Positions 48,349 through 59,365 are shown, counted from the stretch's first letter. The stretch: 64,000 bases of DNA from Deltaproteobacteria bacterium (GCA_016713425.1 JADJPE010000005.1:5437532-5501531), one strand, 5' to 3'. Numbers and translations: made by a program. Notes: generated from the sequence alone by a model not told the origin.

Positions 48349-49389
48349 ATGGCTGTGTCGCATAAGAAACTTACGGTGCTCGGGTTGATCGTGTCGATCA
48401 GCGTCCTCGTCGTGCTCGCCCACGAGTTCGACGTTCGGGCCGTAGTGCAAACGTTGGAGGGCGCCGACCGCAGATGGATTGCCATCGGCGCTCTGTCGTA
48501 CGTCTCCCTGTTCGTTCTTCGTGGTCTCCGGTGGGCGCTCATTCTTCATCCTCTTGCGCCGGTATCCGTCGCTTCGGCGACCGAGGGATTTATCGTCGGC
48601 GCCATGGCCAACAACGTGCTCCCGGCACGACTTGGCGATGTTTCTCGGGCCCTTTGGCTTGCTCGCCGGGAGGCGGTTTCACGGAGCTCGGTCTTCTCGA
48701 GTGTGCTCTTCGAGCGAATCCTCGACGGCACGACGGTCGTCGCTTTGCTCGGCGCGGTCTTGTGGCTTGAACCCCCAGAGGCCCCTTGGGTCGGGGCGAT
48801 AGGGCAGTCCATGGCGTTCGTCTTCATCTCGGCGTCGCTGACGGTCTTCCTCGTCGCACACGCGGAGTCAAAGGTACTGCTCATCGCGCAACGTATGCTG
48901 CGTTGGCTGCCGGCGAGGCGCCTCGACCGCGTGACCTCGACGTTGACCAAGCTCGCGCGCGGCGTCGCGGTGCTCCGCGACCGGAAGCGAACCGTGAGCA
49001 TCGTGCTTCTCTCGGTGGGGATATGGCTCTCGGAGGTCGCCATCTACGCGGTTATTCAGCGCGCCTTTGGGCTAGCGATTCCCTTGTCTGGTCTGGCGCT
49101 CGTCATGTGCGTCCTGACGCTCGGCCTAACCGTTCCGAGCTCACCGGGCTTCGTTGGCGTGTACGAAGGACTCATCATTGCGACGCTCTCACTTTACAGC
49201 CAGGACACTCACGGCGTGGCTGCCGCGTTCGCGTTGATGATGCACCTCGTACACTACGTCCCCGTCACGCTCTTGGGCTTGTTCATCGTCTCGAGACGAG
49301 GGCTCAAGCTGCGCGAGCTGACCAGCACATCCGAGCCGCCGCCCACGGACGTCGACGACGCGCCCTCGCCTCGCCGCATTCAAGTCTAG
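48349..49389 (+). CDS. integral membrane protein of the lysylphosphatidylglycerol-synthase TM-region / flippase-like family
   Basis: Roughly eight TM helices. The conserved R..RW motifs (LRGLRWALIL) and overall topology fit the UPF0104/LPG-synthase TM region family. Confidence 0.6.
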   Translation: MAVSHKKLTVLGLIVSISVLVVLAHEFDVRAVVQTLEGADRRWIAIGALSYVSLFVLRGLRWALILHPLAPVSVASATEGFIVGAMANNVLPARLGDVSRALWLARREAVSRSSVFSSVLFERILDGTTVVALLGAVLWLEPPEAPWVGAIGQSMAFVFISASLTVFLVAHAESKVLLIAQRMLRWLPARRLDRVTSTLTKLARGVAVLRDRKRTVSIVLLSVGIWLSEVAIYAVIQRAFGLAIPLSGLALVMCVLTLGLTVPSSPGFVGVYEGLIIATLSLYSQDTHGVAAAFALMMHLVHYVPVTLLGLFIVSRRGLKLRELTSTSEPPPTDVDDAPSPRRIQV

Positions 49390-49517
49390 GACGGACTGCT
49401 ACATCTAGGATACCCGACACCCGAGCAGCAGCCGAGCGCCCAACGGCCGCTCACCTGTCGTTTTTCTCCCTTGGGCCCGTTTCCAGATCCAAGCAATGAG
49501 GTAGATCAGACGCCCAT

Positions 49518-50819
49518 ATGGATCTTGCGGTTATTGGGACAGGCTATGTCGGACTGGTCGCTGGGACGTGCTTCGCCGAGACGGGGCACACCGTCGTCTG
49601 CGTGGATAAGGACAGCCGGAAGGTCGACCTCTTACGAAACGGCGAGGTCCCCATCTACGAGCCCCGACTCAAGGAGCTCATCCAGCACAATGTCGAAAAG
49701 AACCGCCTCACCTTCTCGACAGACCTCAAGGCGGCCGTCGCGAACGCGGAAGTCATATTCATCGCAGTCGGGACGCCGGAGGGCGAGGACGGAAGCGCGG
49801 ATTTGTCGATGGTCCTGGCGGTCGCGAAGGCGGTCGGCGAGTCGCTTACCGGACCCGCGATCGTAGTCACCAAGTCGACGGTACCGGTTGGCACCGCCGT
49901 GCGCATCCGCAGCGCAATCGCCGAAGTGACAGATATCCCCGTCGACGTCGTGAGCAATCCGGAGTTTCTGAAGGAAGGCGCCGCGGTCGAAGACTTCTTG
50001 CGCCCGGATCGGATCATCATCGGGAGCGACAGCGAGCGCGCAAGAGAGGTCATGACCGATCTCTACGAACCTTTCAACCGAACGAAGAGCCGCATGGTCT
50101 TCATGGATACGGCGTCGGCCGAAATGACGAAGTACGTCTCGAACGCCATGCTCGCCACACGCATCTCGTTCATGAACGAGATGGCGAACCTCTGCGAGCG
50201 CGTCGGCGCTGACGTCACGAAGGTCCGCGCCGGCGTCGGCAGCGATCCTCGGATCGGATCGTCCTTTCTTTTCCCTGGGGTTGGGTTCGGCGGGAGCTGT
50301 TTTCCAAAAGACATCAAAGCGCTCCTCAAGACCGGTGAGCTCAACGACATGCCGCTCAAGGTTCTGGGGGCAGTCAGCGAGGTGAACGAGCGCCAGAAAA
50401 CGGTGTTGGTCGACAAGATCATTCGGCGGTTCGGCGAAGACCTCTCAAAGCTCAAGTTCGGCGTTTGGGGCCTCGCGTTCAAGCCGGAAACGGATGACAT
50501 GCGTGAAGCGCCCTCGATCAAGATCATCGAGGCTCTCCTGGCGCGCGGAGCCCGCGTCGCGGGGACGGACCCTGAGGCGTATGAGACGGCCAAGCGGGTT
50601 TTTGGCGATCGGATCACCATCGAGAAGGACCCCTATGCGGTGTTGCAAGACGCCGATGCTCTCGTGGTTGTCACTGAGTGGAACGAGTTTCGGCGGCCCG
50701 ACTATCGGCGAATCAGGAGCGCACTCAGGACGCCCGCCATTTTCGACGGGCGAAACGTTTACAATCCGCGAACAATGAGGGAGATGGGCTTCGACTACTT
50801 TTCCATTGGGAGGCCCTAA
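49518..50819 (+). CDS. ugd: UDP-glucose 6-dehydrogenase
   Basis: The N-terminal NAD-binding motif (MDLAVIGTGYVGLVAGTCFAETGHTV) and the catalytic-Cys region (GGSCFPKD) are present. The 433-aa length is typical. Confidence 0.9.
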   Translation: MDLAVIGTGYVGLVAGTCFAETGHTVVCVDKDSRKVDLLRNGEVPIYEPRLKELIQHNVEKNRLTFSTDLKAAVANAEVIFIAVGTPEGEDGSADLSMVLAVAKAVGESLTGPAIVVTKSTVPVGTAVRIRSAIAEVTDIPVDVVSNPEFLKEGAAVEDFLRPDRIIIGSDSERAREVMTDLYEPFNRTKSRMVFMDTASAEMTKYVSNAMLATRISFMNEMANLCERVGADVTKVRAGVGSDPRIGSSFLFPGVGFGGSCFPKDIKALLKTGELNDMPLKVLGAVSEVNERQKTVLVDKIIRRFGEDLSKLKFGVWGLAFKPETDDMREAPSIKIIEALLARGARVAGTDPEAYETAKRVFGDRITIEKDPYAVLQDADALVVVTEWNEFRRPDYRRIRSALRTPAIFDGRNVYNPRTMREMGFDYFSIGRP

Positions 50820-50821
50820 CT

Positions 50822-52186
50822 GTGGCAGATATCCGTCCGTTCCGAGCAATCCGCTATCAGCCTGATCACGTCGGAGACATCAGCAAGGTGATCGCGCCGC
50901 CCTACGACGTGATCTCCCCCGAGCTCCAAGACGAGCTCTACGCGCGCAGCGAGAAGAACATCGTCCGCGTCGACCTCAATCGCGCGGAGCCTGGCGACGA
51001 GGCCTTGTCGCGCTATGAACGCGCCAACGCCCTCCTCGAGGCCTGGCTGAGCGAGGGAACGCTCACGCAGGATTCCGAACCCGGATATTATGTCTTGGCG
51101 CAAACGTTCACCGGCCCCGACAAGGTCGAGCGGACTCGAACGGGCTTTTTCAGCTCGGTCCGCTTGACGCGCTTCGGCGAGGGGCCGGTTCTACCGCACG
51201 AGCGAACGCTCAAGGGGCCGAAGCAAGATCGCTTGCGGCTCTTCCGGGCAACCAAGGCGAACTTGTCGCCGGTCTTCATGATGTACGAGGATCCGGAGCA
51301 AGAGGTCCACAAGATCCTTGAGAGTGTTCTTGCCGACCCTCCTTTGGTGGAAGCCACGATGGATCGGGTTAGAAACCGGCTTTGGCACGTTCGCGACCCG
51401 AAACGAATCGAAGCCCTGTCCTCGGCCATCAGTGTCCGGAAGCTGTACATCGCCGACGGTCACCATCGCTACGAGACAGGCCTCGCCTACCGTGACGAGC
51501 GCCGGCAGGAAGCCAAGACCCCGACGAGCGCGGCTTCGGACGGCGGCCCGGGTTCGGGTTCGAACAGCGTTGAACTGGGGCACTTCGACGCCATGCCTGC
51601 GTATGAGAGCATCCTGGCGTTCTCGGCGGCCGTCGAGGATCCGGGGATGGTGGTGTTTCCCACCCATCGCATCCTCCACAGCCTGCCGAATTTCAACGGT
51701 TCTGCCTTCAAAGAGGCGCTCGAACCGTTCTTCGAGATCACGGCCGTCGCGCCGTCCGCGGACCTTGTCCAGACCCTGGCCGCTGCGGGAGAGGGCAAGA
51801 TGGCATTCGCCTGCGTGACGAGCACCGGCACCGACCTCCTGACGCTCCGCAAGGACGCGCCGCTCGATCTCGTTAAGAGCCTGCCGGGACACCCGCTTCA
51901 TCGGAGTCTCGACGTCACGATCCTGCACTGCGTGATCATGGAGCATATCCTCGGCATCAGCCGCGAAGCACAAGCCGCGCAAGAGAACTTGCGGTACTCC
52001 AAAGATGCGAAAGACGCTGCCAGTCAGGCGGCCAACGATGCCCAAGTCAACGCGGCCTTCTTGATGAATCCCACCCGCATCGACCAGGTCATCGCGATCT
52101 CAAACGCGCAGGAAATCATGCCGCAGAAGTCGACCTTCTTCTATCCGAAGGTGCCGAGCGGCTTGGTCCTCTACCCGCTGGGCTAG
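50822..52186 (+). CDS. DUF1015 family protein
   Basis: A GTG start 2 nt after the ugd stop. The N-terminus (ADIRPFRAIRYQPDHVGDISKVIAPPYDVIS) matches the characteristic DUF1015 opening motif. The first 144 nt of the track ORF overlap ugd and were trimmed. Confidence 0.7.
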   Translation: MADIRPFRAIRYQPDHVGDISKVIAPPYDVISPELQDELYARSEKNIVRVDLNRAEPGDEALSRYERANALLEAWLSEGTLTQDSEPGYYVLAQTFTGPDKVERTRTGFFSSVRLTRFGEGPVLPHERTLKGPKQDRLRLFRATKANLSPVFMMYEDPEQEVHKILESVLADPPLVEATMDRVRNRLWHVRDPKRIEALSSAISVRKLYIADGHHRYETGLAYRDERRQEAKTPTSAASDGGPGSGSNSVELGHFDAMPAYESILAFSAAVEDPGMVVFPTHRILHSLPNFNGSAFKEALEPFFEITAVAPSADLVQTLAAAGEGKMAFACVTSTGTDLLTLRKDAPLDLVKSLPGHPLHRSLDVTILHCVIMEHILGISREAQAAQENLRYSKDAKDAASQAANDAQVNAAFLMNPTRIDQVIAISNAQEIMPQKSTFFYPKVPSGLVLYPLG

Positions 52187-52226
52187 TCTCGACCCACGCA
52201 TGAGGTAGACAAACATCGGCCTTGAG

Positions 52227-53549
52227 GTGCCTTTGGCGCCGGACCCGACTTGTCTTGATCTTCGTAGTATCCCTAACTCTGGTGTCGCTCATCGGCTTTG
52301 CCCATCACCGTCTCGCGCGAAATGTGCAGGAGTGCTAACCGAGTGTCTCGTGGGGTCAGAGACGGCACACCATTCGGCTCACTGGATTCCGCTGGGAAGC
52401 GCTCAGATCATCGATTGGGCTCATCTCGGCGACAACGTGGGGGCCCGCGGCGCAACGGCCTGGCTATCGACGATCGCGCAAGGGCCGGTTTTGCTTCGAT
52501 CGTGGTGCAGTGATGAGACGATCTTCTACGAGTTTCATTGCCTCGCAGGAAATCTGCCGCGCGGATCGATCGTGCTCTCATCGGTCATTGGCGAAGACCG
52601 CCGGGCACGCCTGAAGATCACGCTCGAAGTGGACGGCCGTCTCGCCTATACGGACATCACGGAGTTTGTTCCTCACGTCACGACCGGACTGGTCCTCCTC
52701 GAAACGCGGGAGGTCGAGGTCACGCTCGGGAACATTGACGTTCGCGCCCTGCCTCAACCTTCGGGCGACCAAGCCAAGCTCTTCGCGCAGTGTCCGGAAG
52801 AAGTGCTCTCTACATCCTGCGGCACCCTGATCCACACGATCATCGACTTCGTAACCCAGGATCATCCGCCAGCGCTCCATGGATACATCGATGCCCAGCT
52901 TTCGGCGCCGATGCCGTCGTCGGCTCCTTCCAACGGAAGGCCGGGCTCGCAAGCCGACGTTGGGCACGCGCGATCCGAGGCGAGCCCCAGCCCTCGCCCT
53001 GCGCCCATGCCGACGCCCACGCCCGCGCCACTTGCAGCCGCTGCGCCCTCGGCGGGCGGTTCGCCTTCTCCAGCCGGTGGCAAGCAACGCCCAAGCCTGT
53101 CGTCCGTCCCTCGGGCGCGGCCGCTCCCCGGTGGCGCGCGTACCCCGGATGCGCCTCGAGCCGCACCCGCACCTGTACCCGCACCTGTACCCGCACCCGT
53201 ACCCAGCGTCGATCGCGCAGCCTCCCTCAGCTTGCCAAGAACGGGGCCGAACGAGGTCCTCGACCGTCCGCAGCTCACCTGCACCGCGAACACCGGAGAA
53301 GTCTGGACGATCACCGATGACGAAACGTTTATCGGCCGGAGCAAGCAGTGCGGCATCATCTTGCGATCGCAGCGCGTCTCGCGAAAACACGCCTCGCTGA
53401 CGGCTGAGCCCGAGGGCTACTACATCAACGACCTCGGCGCCGCCAACGGCGTTTGGTGTGGCACCGAGAAGATCGAGCGAGCGCTCTTGCAAGACGGGTC
53501 CGAGTACATCGTCGGCGATGTGCTTCTCACCTTTCATCTCGGCGCTTGA
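52227..53549 (+). CDS. FHA-domain protein with an unassigned N-terminal domain and a Pro/Ala-rich linker
   Basis: The C-terminal FHA domain reads VWTITDDETFIGRSKQCGIILRSQRVSRKHASL...YYINDLGAANGVW. An (APVP)n linker is encoded by a 12-bp repeat at about 53162-53205. Confidence 0.7.
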   Translation: MPLAPDPTCLDLRSIPNSGVAHRLCPSPSRAKCAGVLTECLVGSETAHHSAHWIPLGSAQIIDWAHLGDNVGARGATAWLSTIAQGPVLLRSWCSDETIFYEFHCLAGNLPRGSIVLSSVIGEDRRARLKITLEVDGRLAYTDITEFVPHVTTGLVLLETREVEVTLGNIDVRALPQPSGDQAKLFAQCPEEVLSTSCGTLIHTIIDFVTQDHPPALHGYIDAQLSAPMPSSAPSNGRPGSQADVGHARSEASPSPRPAPMPTPTPAPLAAAAPSAGGSPSPAGGKQRPSLSSVPRARPLPGGARTPDAPRAAPAPVPAPVPAPVPSVDRAASLSLPRTGPNEVLDRPQLTCTANTGEVWTITDDETFIGRSKQCGIILRSQRVSRKHASLTAEPEGYYINDLGAANGVWCGTEKIERALLQDGSEYIVGDVLLTFHLGA

Positions 53550-53664
53550 GCGTCACGCGGCCCGCTTTGTCCGTCCGAGCCGGGTCGACCGCACGACACC
53601 CCGGACGAATCGCCCCCTATGCCCTGGTCTCACGTTTGGCGCAGAATCTGCTACCTGCCTTCGG

Positions 53665-54096
53665 ATGCAATCACCTCGCACTGACCTCACCCACGGAGCT
53701 TTGGAGCGGATCGCTGCCGAGCTCATCGACCTCGCGACCAGCGGCGACCTCGGTATTCGCGAAGGCACGGTCATGACGGTCGGCGCGCCGCCGTACCGTC
53801 GCCTGGACTGCGACGGACGGGCGCTCGCGTACATACGCACCCGCCCCCGTCGGCGTGCCGTGCGCGTTGACGTCTCAGGGCTCTGGATCGCCACCGAGCC
53901 GCCTCACTTCGGGATCCGAGGGGCAGGCGGGAGCGTGACCTTGCTCCTTCAACGTCGAGCCGATCTGGTCGAAGCGACCACGTACATCGAGGCACTCGTC
54001 GTCAGGACCCGCAAGGCGCACGAACAAGAGCATCGTCGTCGTCGCGCGACGGGACACATCGCCGTGCCCGCCCCGGTTGACGACGCCCATCTCTAG
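53665..54096 (+). CDS. hypothetical protein (143 aa)
   Basis: In-frame ATG inside ORF 53458..54096, placed after the FHA gene stop. No recognisable domain. Confidence 0.3.
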   Translation: MQSPRTDLTHGALERIAAELIDLATSGDLGIREGTVMTVGAPPYRRLDCDGRALAYIRTRPRRRAVRVDVSGLWIATEPPHFGIRGAGGSVTLLLQRRADLVEATTYIEALVVRTRKAHEQEHRRRRATGHIAVPAPVDDAHL

Positions 54097-54233
54097 CTCG
54101 ACAGGTCCGGACGCCTGGAGCGCCTTGGCATCCATCCGTCGTGGGCGTCGTCCGTCGTGGGCGTCGTCCGTCATGGGCGTCGTCGATCGGCCGAGACGAT
54201 TGACCCGGCGCGCAAACCCACGTTTGAGGACGT

Positions 54234-55439
54234 GTGTTTTCGGAGCGTACTCGGTGGTCGCGCGAGGAGAACGCGCTCTCGCTCGAGGCCCGACAGGCGC
54301 GAGGCTTTGACGACTTCATCGACCTGACGCAGTCGAACATCACGCGGGTGGGACTCTCGTCCTCCCAGCTCGCAGAGCGTCCCCTGGCGACCCTCGATGA
54401 GGTATCCGGGTGCGCCTACGATCCGCAGCCACTCGGGACGCTCGACGCGCGATGCGCCGTGGGCGCCTACTACGAACGTCGTGGTCTTCATGTTCCTGGG
54501 GAGCGCGTCATGCTGACCGCCTCAACGAGCGAAGCGTACGTTCATTCCTTTCGCCTTCTGGCCGACCCGGGCGAGGCCGTGCTCGCGCCCACCCCGAGCT
54601 ATCCGCTCTTCTCGTTCCTCGCGGAGGCTGCGGGCATTTCGTTGTGCCCGTATCGACTTCGATTCGACGGTGAACGCTGGTACGTGTCGATGGACGACCT
54701 TCGCGATCGCCTCGAATCGGAGAGCGGGCCGAAGGTTCGAGCCATTCTCCTCGTCAGTCCCAACAACCCGACCGGTTCTTTGTTGTCGTCGCAGGAGCGT
54801 GCAGAGATCTACCGGCTGGCGCGCGCACATGAGGCGGCCGTCGTGAGCGACGAGGTGTTCCTCGATTTCTGTCATGCTTTCGATGACGATCGCACGTCAG
54901 CGTTCACGGAGCACAGCGCCGTCGACGCGCCCGTCCCGCTGGCCTTGACGCTCTCCGGCCTCTCGAAGGTGGCGGGTCTGCCGCAAGCCAAGCTCGCCTG
55001 GATGGTGGCGAGCGGCGTGCCTGCACGCGTCCATGAGGCGATGGCGCGCCTCGAGATCATGGGGGACACGTTCCTCTCGGTCTCGTCGTCGATCCAGCGT
55101 GCCGCCCCCGATATCCTAGACCAAGTCGAGGGATGGCAGTCCGAACTTCGGGGTCGACTCCGGCGGAACTGGGCGGCGCTCTCGACTCAGACCGCGACCA
55201 GCGTCAACATACGTGCGCGCCCGATTTCGGCCGGATGGCACGCCGTCCTCGCCCTTCGGACGCCGCTCGACGACGAAACGTGGGCGCGACGCTTGCTGGC
55301 TGAAGCACACGTCCTCGTGCATCCAGGCTATCTTTTCGAGATCGAAGACATGCCGTCGGCTGTCATATCCCTGATTCTCCCTGAGGAGACCTTCAGCGAT
55401 GCCGTCGCACGCCTCGTTCGCCATGCAGACAAGGCGTGA
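54234..55439 (+). CDS. pyridoxal-phosphate-dependent aminotransferase class I/II (alanine or aspartate transaminase-like)
   Basis: A 401-aa protein with an aminotransferase fold I N-terminus (RTRWSREENALS...) and the conserved SLSK (LSGLSKVAGL) PLP-lysine region. Confidence 0.85.
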   Translation: MFSERTRWSREENALSLEARQARGFDDFIDLTQSNITRVGLSSSQLAERPLATLDEVSGCAYDPQPLGTLDARCAVGAYYERRGLHVPGERVMLTASTSEAYVHSFRLLADPGEAVLAPTPSYPLFSFLAEAAGISLCPYRLRFDGERWYVSMDDLRDRLESESGPKVRAILLVSPNNPTGSLLSSQERAEIYRLARAHEAAVVSDEVFLDFCHAFDDDRTSAFTEHSAVDAPVPLALTLSGLSKVAGLPQAKLAWMVASGVPARVHEAMARLEIMGDTFLSVSSSIQRAAPDILDQVEGWQSELRGRLRRNWAALSTQTATSVNIRARPISAGWHAVLALRTPLDDETWARRLLAEAHVLVHPGYLFEIEDMPSAVISLILPEETFSDAVARLVRHADKA

Positions 55440-55450
55440 GGCGTCCCGCC

Positions 55451-55528
55451 GACCGCAGCCCCAGACCGCAGCCCCAGACCGCAGCCCCAGACCGCAGCCC
55501 CAGACCGCAGCCCCAGACCGCAGCCCAT
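55451..55528. repeat. 13-bp tandem repeat x6 (GACCGCAGCCCCA) between the aminotransferase stop and the ttcA start
   Basis: Five perfect copies and one degenerate copy. The unit length is not a multiple of 3, so the repeat is unlikely to be coding. Confidence 0.7.
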
Positions 55529-55552
55529 AAGACCGCGAGCCTCGATTCGTCG

Positions 55553-56485
55553 ATGACGTTCTTCGCCCGGTTCGCTACGGTTCTTCCCGTGTTGTCCAAA
55601 TCGACCGCGGCGGATGAGGAAGCGGTGGATCGCTTGAAGGTCCGTCTCCTCAAGCAAGTTCGGCGAACATGCAAACGCTATCAACTCCTCGCCGCGGGAG
55701 ATCGGATTCTCGTCGCCGTATCGGGCGGGAAGGACAGCTTCACGATGCTAGAGCTCATGGCCGCCCTCAAGGACCGGCTTCCCTTTCGCATCGAACTCAT
55801 CGCCGTCCATCTCGACCAAAGACAACCCGGTTATGATGGTGCACCCTTGGTCGGGTGGCTTGAGCAAAGGGGTCTGCCCTTCGAGATTCTCTCCGAAGAC
55901 ACGTATGGCGTCGTCAAGACACACGTCGAGGAAGGCGGCACGTACTGCTCCCTGTGTTCGCGCCTTCGACGAGGCATTCTCTATACCGCCGCTCAGAGGC
56001 TCGGCTGCAACAAGCTGGCCCTCGGACATCATCGCGAGGACACCCTCGAGACCTTTCTCTTGAACCTCTTCTTCGCGGGGAAGATGCAAGCCATGCCTCC
56101 CCACTACACGACGGACGACGGGACGCTCGGCGTGATTCGACCTCTTCTCGAGTGCAGCGAAGCGGAGATCGCGGAGTACGCTCGCCGCAAAGCGTTCCCG
56201 ATCCTCCCCTGCAATCTTTGCGGTTCTCAGCCGGGTCTCAAGCGAGACATGATGGGTGCGTTCATCGAACGGCTCGAAGCCGTGCAGCCCAACGTCCGCG
56301 CCACGATGATGAACGCCCTCAGCAACATTCGACCAACCCATATGCTCGACCCCGAGGTCCTCGAAGCCTGGCATGCGCGGCCGCCTCACGTGCGGCCAGT
56401 CCCCGAGGTAGCCCGCCGTACCGAACACGCAAGTGCCGAGCCGATCCGCTCCTCCCTGAGTCGCCTTCCGATCATCGACGCCTGA
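55553..56485 (+). CDS. ttcA: tRNA 2-thiocytidine(32) synthetase TtcA
   Basis: The PP-loop (SGGKDS) and both Fe-S Cys motifs (CSLCSRLRRG, PCNLCGSQ) are present. The ATG at 55553 lies downstream of the 13-bp repeat array. Confidence 0.85.
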   Translation: MTFFARFATVLPVLSKSTAADEEAVDRLKVRLLKQVRRTCKRYQLLAAGDRILVAVSGGKDSFTMLELMAALKDRLPFRIELIAVHLDQRQPGYDGAPLVGWLEQRGLPFEILSEDTYGVVKTHVEEGGTYCSLCSRLRRGILYTAAQRLGCNKLALGHHREDTLETFLLNLFFAGKMQAMPPHYTTDDGTLGVIRPLLECSEAEIAEYARRKAFPILPCNLCGSQPGLKRDMMGAFIERLEAVQPNVRATMMNALSNIRPTHMLDPEVLEAWHARPPHVRPVPEVARRTEHASAEPIRSSLSRLPIIDA

Positions 56486-56709
56486 TCCTCTCCGCCAACT
56501 CCGGTGCCTGGGCCCGCAACGCCTAGCCCGAGTCGGCCGGATGAGAGGCGAGCCTTCCGTGCCCGGAGCCTGGCGGGCGGATCAAGGCTCCTCGGTCGGT
56601 CGGGCGGTCGGGCGGTCGGGCGTGCCTCGGGAGTAAGGCGAAGAGACCTCGATCAACTCTGCGGAGCTGAAGGTTGGCAAATCGTCGACATTCGGACAGA
56701 GCCTCCCTC

Positions 56710-57483
56710 ATGCGCATCGCGACATGGAACGTGAACTCGATCTTGGCGCACGAAGACCAGGTGCTCGACTGGATCGAAAGCGAGCGCCCCGATGTCGTCT
56801 GCCTACAAGAGACCAAAGTGGTGGATCAGGCGTTCCCCGAAGATGGCTTCGGCGACCTCGGATACGATGTCGTCTTCTTCGGACAGCCACGCTACAACGG
56901 CGTCGCGATTGCGAGTCGCGCCGAGATCAGAGACGTATTCCGAGGCTTCCCGGGCGAATCCGACACCGACGATCGCCGTATCATCGGAGCCACGATCGAG
57001 GACATCCAGGTCCTCAGCGTCTACGTCCCGAACGGCCAGACCCTCGACTCGCCGCAGTATCCAAACAAGCTCACCTGGCTCGCTCGGCTGCGCACCCTGC
57101 TCGAGCCACACGCGCGCGCCGATGTCCCATTGGTGGTTGCGGGTGATTTCAACGTCGCACCGGCCGATGAGGACGTCTGGGACATCGAGGCCTTCCGGGG
57201 CGCGACCCACGTCTCCCCACCCGAACGCGAAGCCTTCTCACAGCTCCTCGACCTCGGACTCACGGATGCGCTCCGACACTTTCAGGGCTCCGACAAGCGT
57301 CTGTACACCTTCTGGGACTATCAGGCCCGAGCGTTCGAACGCGATCGCGGCATGCGCATCGATCACATGCTCATCTCGCCGCCGCTCCTCCAACGGGCCA
57401 CCGGCTGCTTCGTTGACCGCGCGGCCCGCGCAGCGGACAAGCGAAGCGACCATGCCCCGGTGGTGCTCGATCTCTCCACATGA
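56710..57483 (+). CDS. xthA: exodeoxyribonuclease III
   Basis: MRIATWNVNS...VCLQETK...DFNVAP...RIDHMLIS, with the EEP nuclease catalytic residues in canonical positions. Confidence 0.9.
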   Translation: MRIATWNVNSILAHEDQVLDWIESERPDVVCLQETKVVDQAFPEDGFGDLGYDVVFFGQPRYNGVAIASRAEIRDVFRGFPGESDTDDRRIIGATIEDIQVLSVYVPNGQTLDSPQYPNKLTWLARLRTLLEPHARADVPLVVAGDFNVAPADEDVWDIEAFRGATHVSPPEREAFSQLLDLGLTDALRHFQGSDKRLYTFWDYQARAFERDRGMRIDHMLISPPLLQRATGCFVDRAARAADKRSDHAPVVLDLST

Positions 57484-57925
57484 TCGACGCGCCCCCGACC
57501 CAAGCAGGGGCTCTCAACCAAGGAAGGCGCAGCACGGAGCCTGGCACAGCACCAAGGACCAAGACTGAGGGCAGAAGGAAGCGGGCAGAAGGCAGAGGAC
57601 GGAAGACGGGGGACGGAGACACCCAGAATTCGGGTCGGTGCCCGGGGCGCCGACGCCCTCGCGGACGGGGAAAGGCCGGCGACAAAGACCAAGAACCCGC
57701 TTGACTTCGCCGGTTCACACCCCTAACGTCTCAACGTTCGCAGCGCTCGTTTAGGGAAAAGGTTCCCCAGCGCGCTGCGTTTTCTCGACAAACCATTGAA
57801 AGGGTCACCGCGGCGCGGCCCGTCTTTTCGTTAAGAATCCGAACGTTGGCTCTGACGACGCGCGATGCGTGGCTCAAGACGACGGCACGGGTGAGCCGCA
57901 CTCAACCAACTGAGGTATCGAAAAC

Positions 57926-59365
57926 ATGACCGGTGAAGGAACCGAAACTCCCCGCCGCAGCCCCGGCAAGAAACGTCGCCCCCCAACTTCTGGAAGAGGC
58001 CCTGACCACGGCGGTGACGCGGTCGACATCCCCGAGACAGACGAGACGACCACCACGAATGAGGGCACATCGCGCGCAGAGGTGCGTGGACCAAGCATCG
58101 ACTTGAGCGACAAGAAGATGAATCTGAAGGAGCTCAAAGAGAAGCGCATCTCCGAGCTCACGCGCATGGCGCGTGAGATGGGTGTCGAAGGCGCAGCGGG
58201 CATGCGAAAGCAGGAGCTCATCTTCGCGGTCTTGACCGCGCATGCCGCCGCCAACGGACAAATCTATTCGGAAGGTGTGCTTGAGTGCCTCTCCGACGGC
58301 TTCGGGTTCCTTCGGTCCCCGGATTACAGCTATCTCCCAGGCCCGGACGACATCTACGTCTCCCCGTCGCAGCTCCGACGGTTCAACCTTCGGACGGGCG
58401 ACACGGTCAGCGGGCAGATCAGACCGCCCAAAGACAACGAGCGCTACTTCGCGATGTTGAAGGTCGAGAGCGTGAATTTCGAGCCTCCCGAAGTTGCGCG
58501 CGACAAGATCCTCTTCGACAACCTCACGCCCCTTTATCCGCAGTCGAAGCTTCAGCTCGAGTACCGAAACGACAACTACTCGACACGGATCATCGACCTC
58601 CTCACGCCGATCGGAAAGGGTCAGCGTGCATTGATTGTCTCGCCTCCGCGAGCCGGTAAGACGGTTTTGCTGCAAGACATCGCGCACGCGATTTCGACGA
58701 ACCATCCTGAAGTCTGGCTGATGGTGCTCTTGATCGACGAGCGCCCGGAAGAAGTGACCGACATGGAGCGTAGCGTCGACGGCGAAGTGATTTCGTCGAC
58801 GTTCGACGAGCCAGCGTCCCGGCACGTCCAGGTGGCCGAGATGGTGATCGAGAAGGCTAAGCGGTTGGTCGAGCACGGGCGAGATGTCGTTATCCTTCTC
58901 GATTCGATCACGCGTCTCGCGCGCGCCTACAACACGGTGATCCCGCCGTCGGGTAAGATTCTCTCGGGTGGTGTGGATGCCAACGCACTCCACAAGCCGA
59001 AACGTTTCTTCGGCGCCGCGCGAAACATCGAAGAGGGCGGTTCGTTGACCGTTATCGCGTCTGCGTTGGTCGATACCGGAAGCAGAATGGACGAAGTCAT
59101 CTTCGAGGAGTTCAAGGGTACCGGTAACTCCGAGATCCACTTGGATCGGAAGTTGATGGAAAAGCGCATCTTCCCGTGCCTCGACATCAACAAGTCGGCC
59201 ACCCGCAAGGAGGAACTCCTGCATCCGCAGGACGTCTTGAAGCGCGTCTGGATTCTCCGGCAGCTCTTGCATCCGCTGAACGTCATCGACTCGATGGAGT
59301 TCATGCTGTCGAAGCTACGACCGACGAAGGCCAACCAAGAGTTCCTCGATTCGATGAACTCCTAG
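57926..59365 (+). CDS. rho: transcription termination factor Rho, with a basic N-terminal extension of about 60 aa
   Basis: Rho N-terminal domain, cold-shock (CSD) fold, and RecA-like ATPase with Walker A (SPPRAGKT) and Q/R loops. Total 479 aa. Confidence 0.95.
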   Translation: MTGEGTETPRRSPGKKRRPPTSGRGPDHGGDAVDIPETDETTTTNEGTSRAEVRGPSIDLSDKKMNLKELKEKRISELTRMAREMGVEGAAGMRKQELIFAVLTAHAAANGQIYSEGVLECLSDGFGFLRSPDYSYLPGPDDIYVSPSQLRRFNLRTGDTVSGQIRPPKDNERYFAMLKVESVNFEPPEVARDKILFDNLTPLYPQSKLQLEYRNDNYSTRIIDLLTPIGKGQRALIVSPPRAGKTVLLQDIAHAISTNHPEVWLMVLLIDERPEEVTDMERSVDGEVISSTFDEPASRHVQVAEMVIEKAKRLVEHGRDVVILLDSITRLARAYNTVIPPSGKILSGGVDANALHKPKRFFGAARNIEEGGSLTVIASALVDTGSRMDEVIFEEFKGTGNSEIHLDRKLMEKRIFPCLDINKSATRKEELLHPQDVLKRVWILRQLLHPLNVIDSMEFMLSKLRPTKANQEFLDSMNS

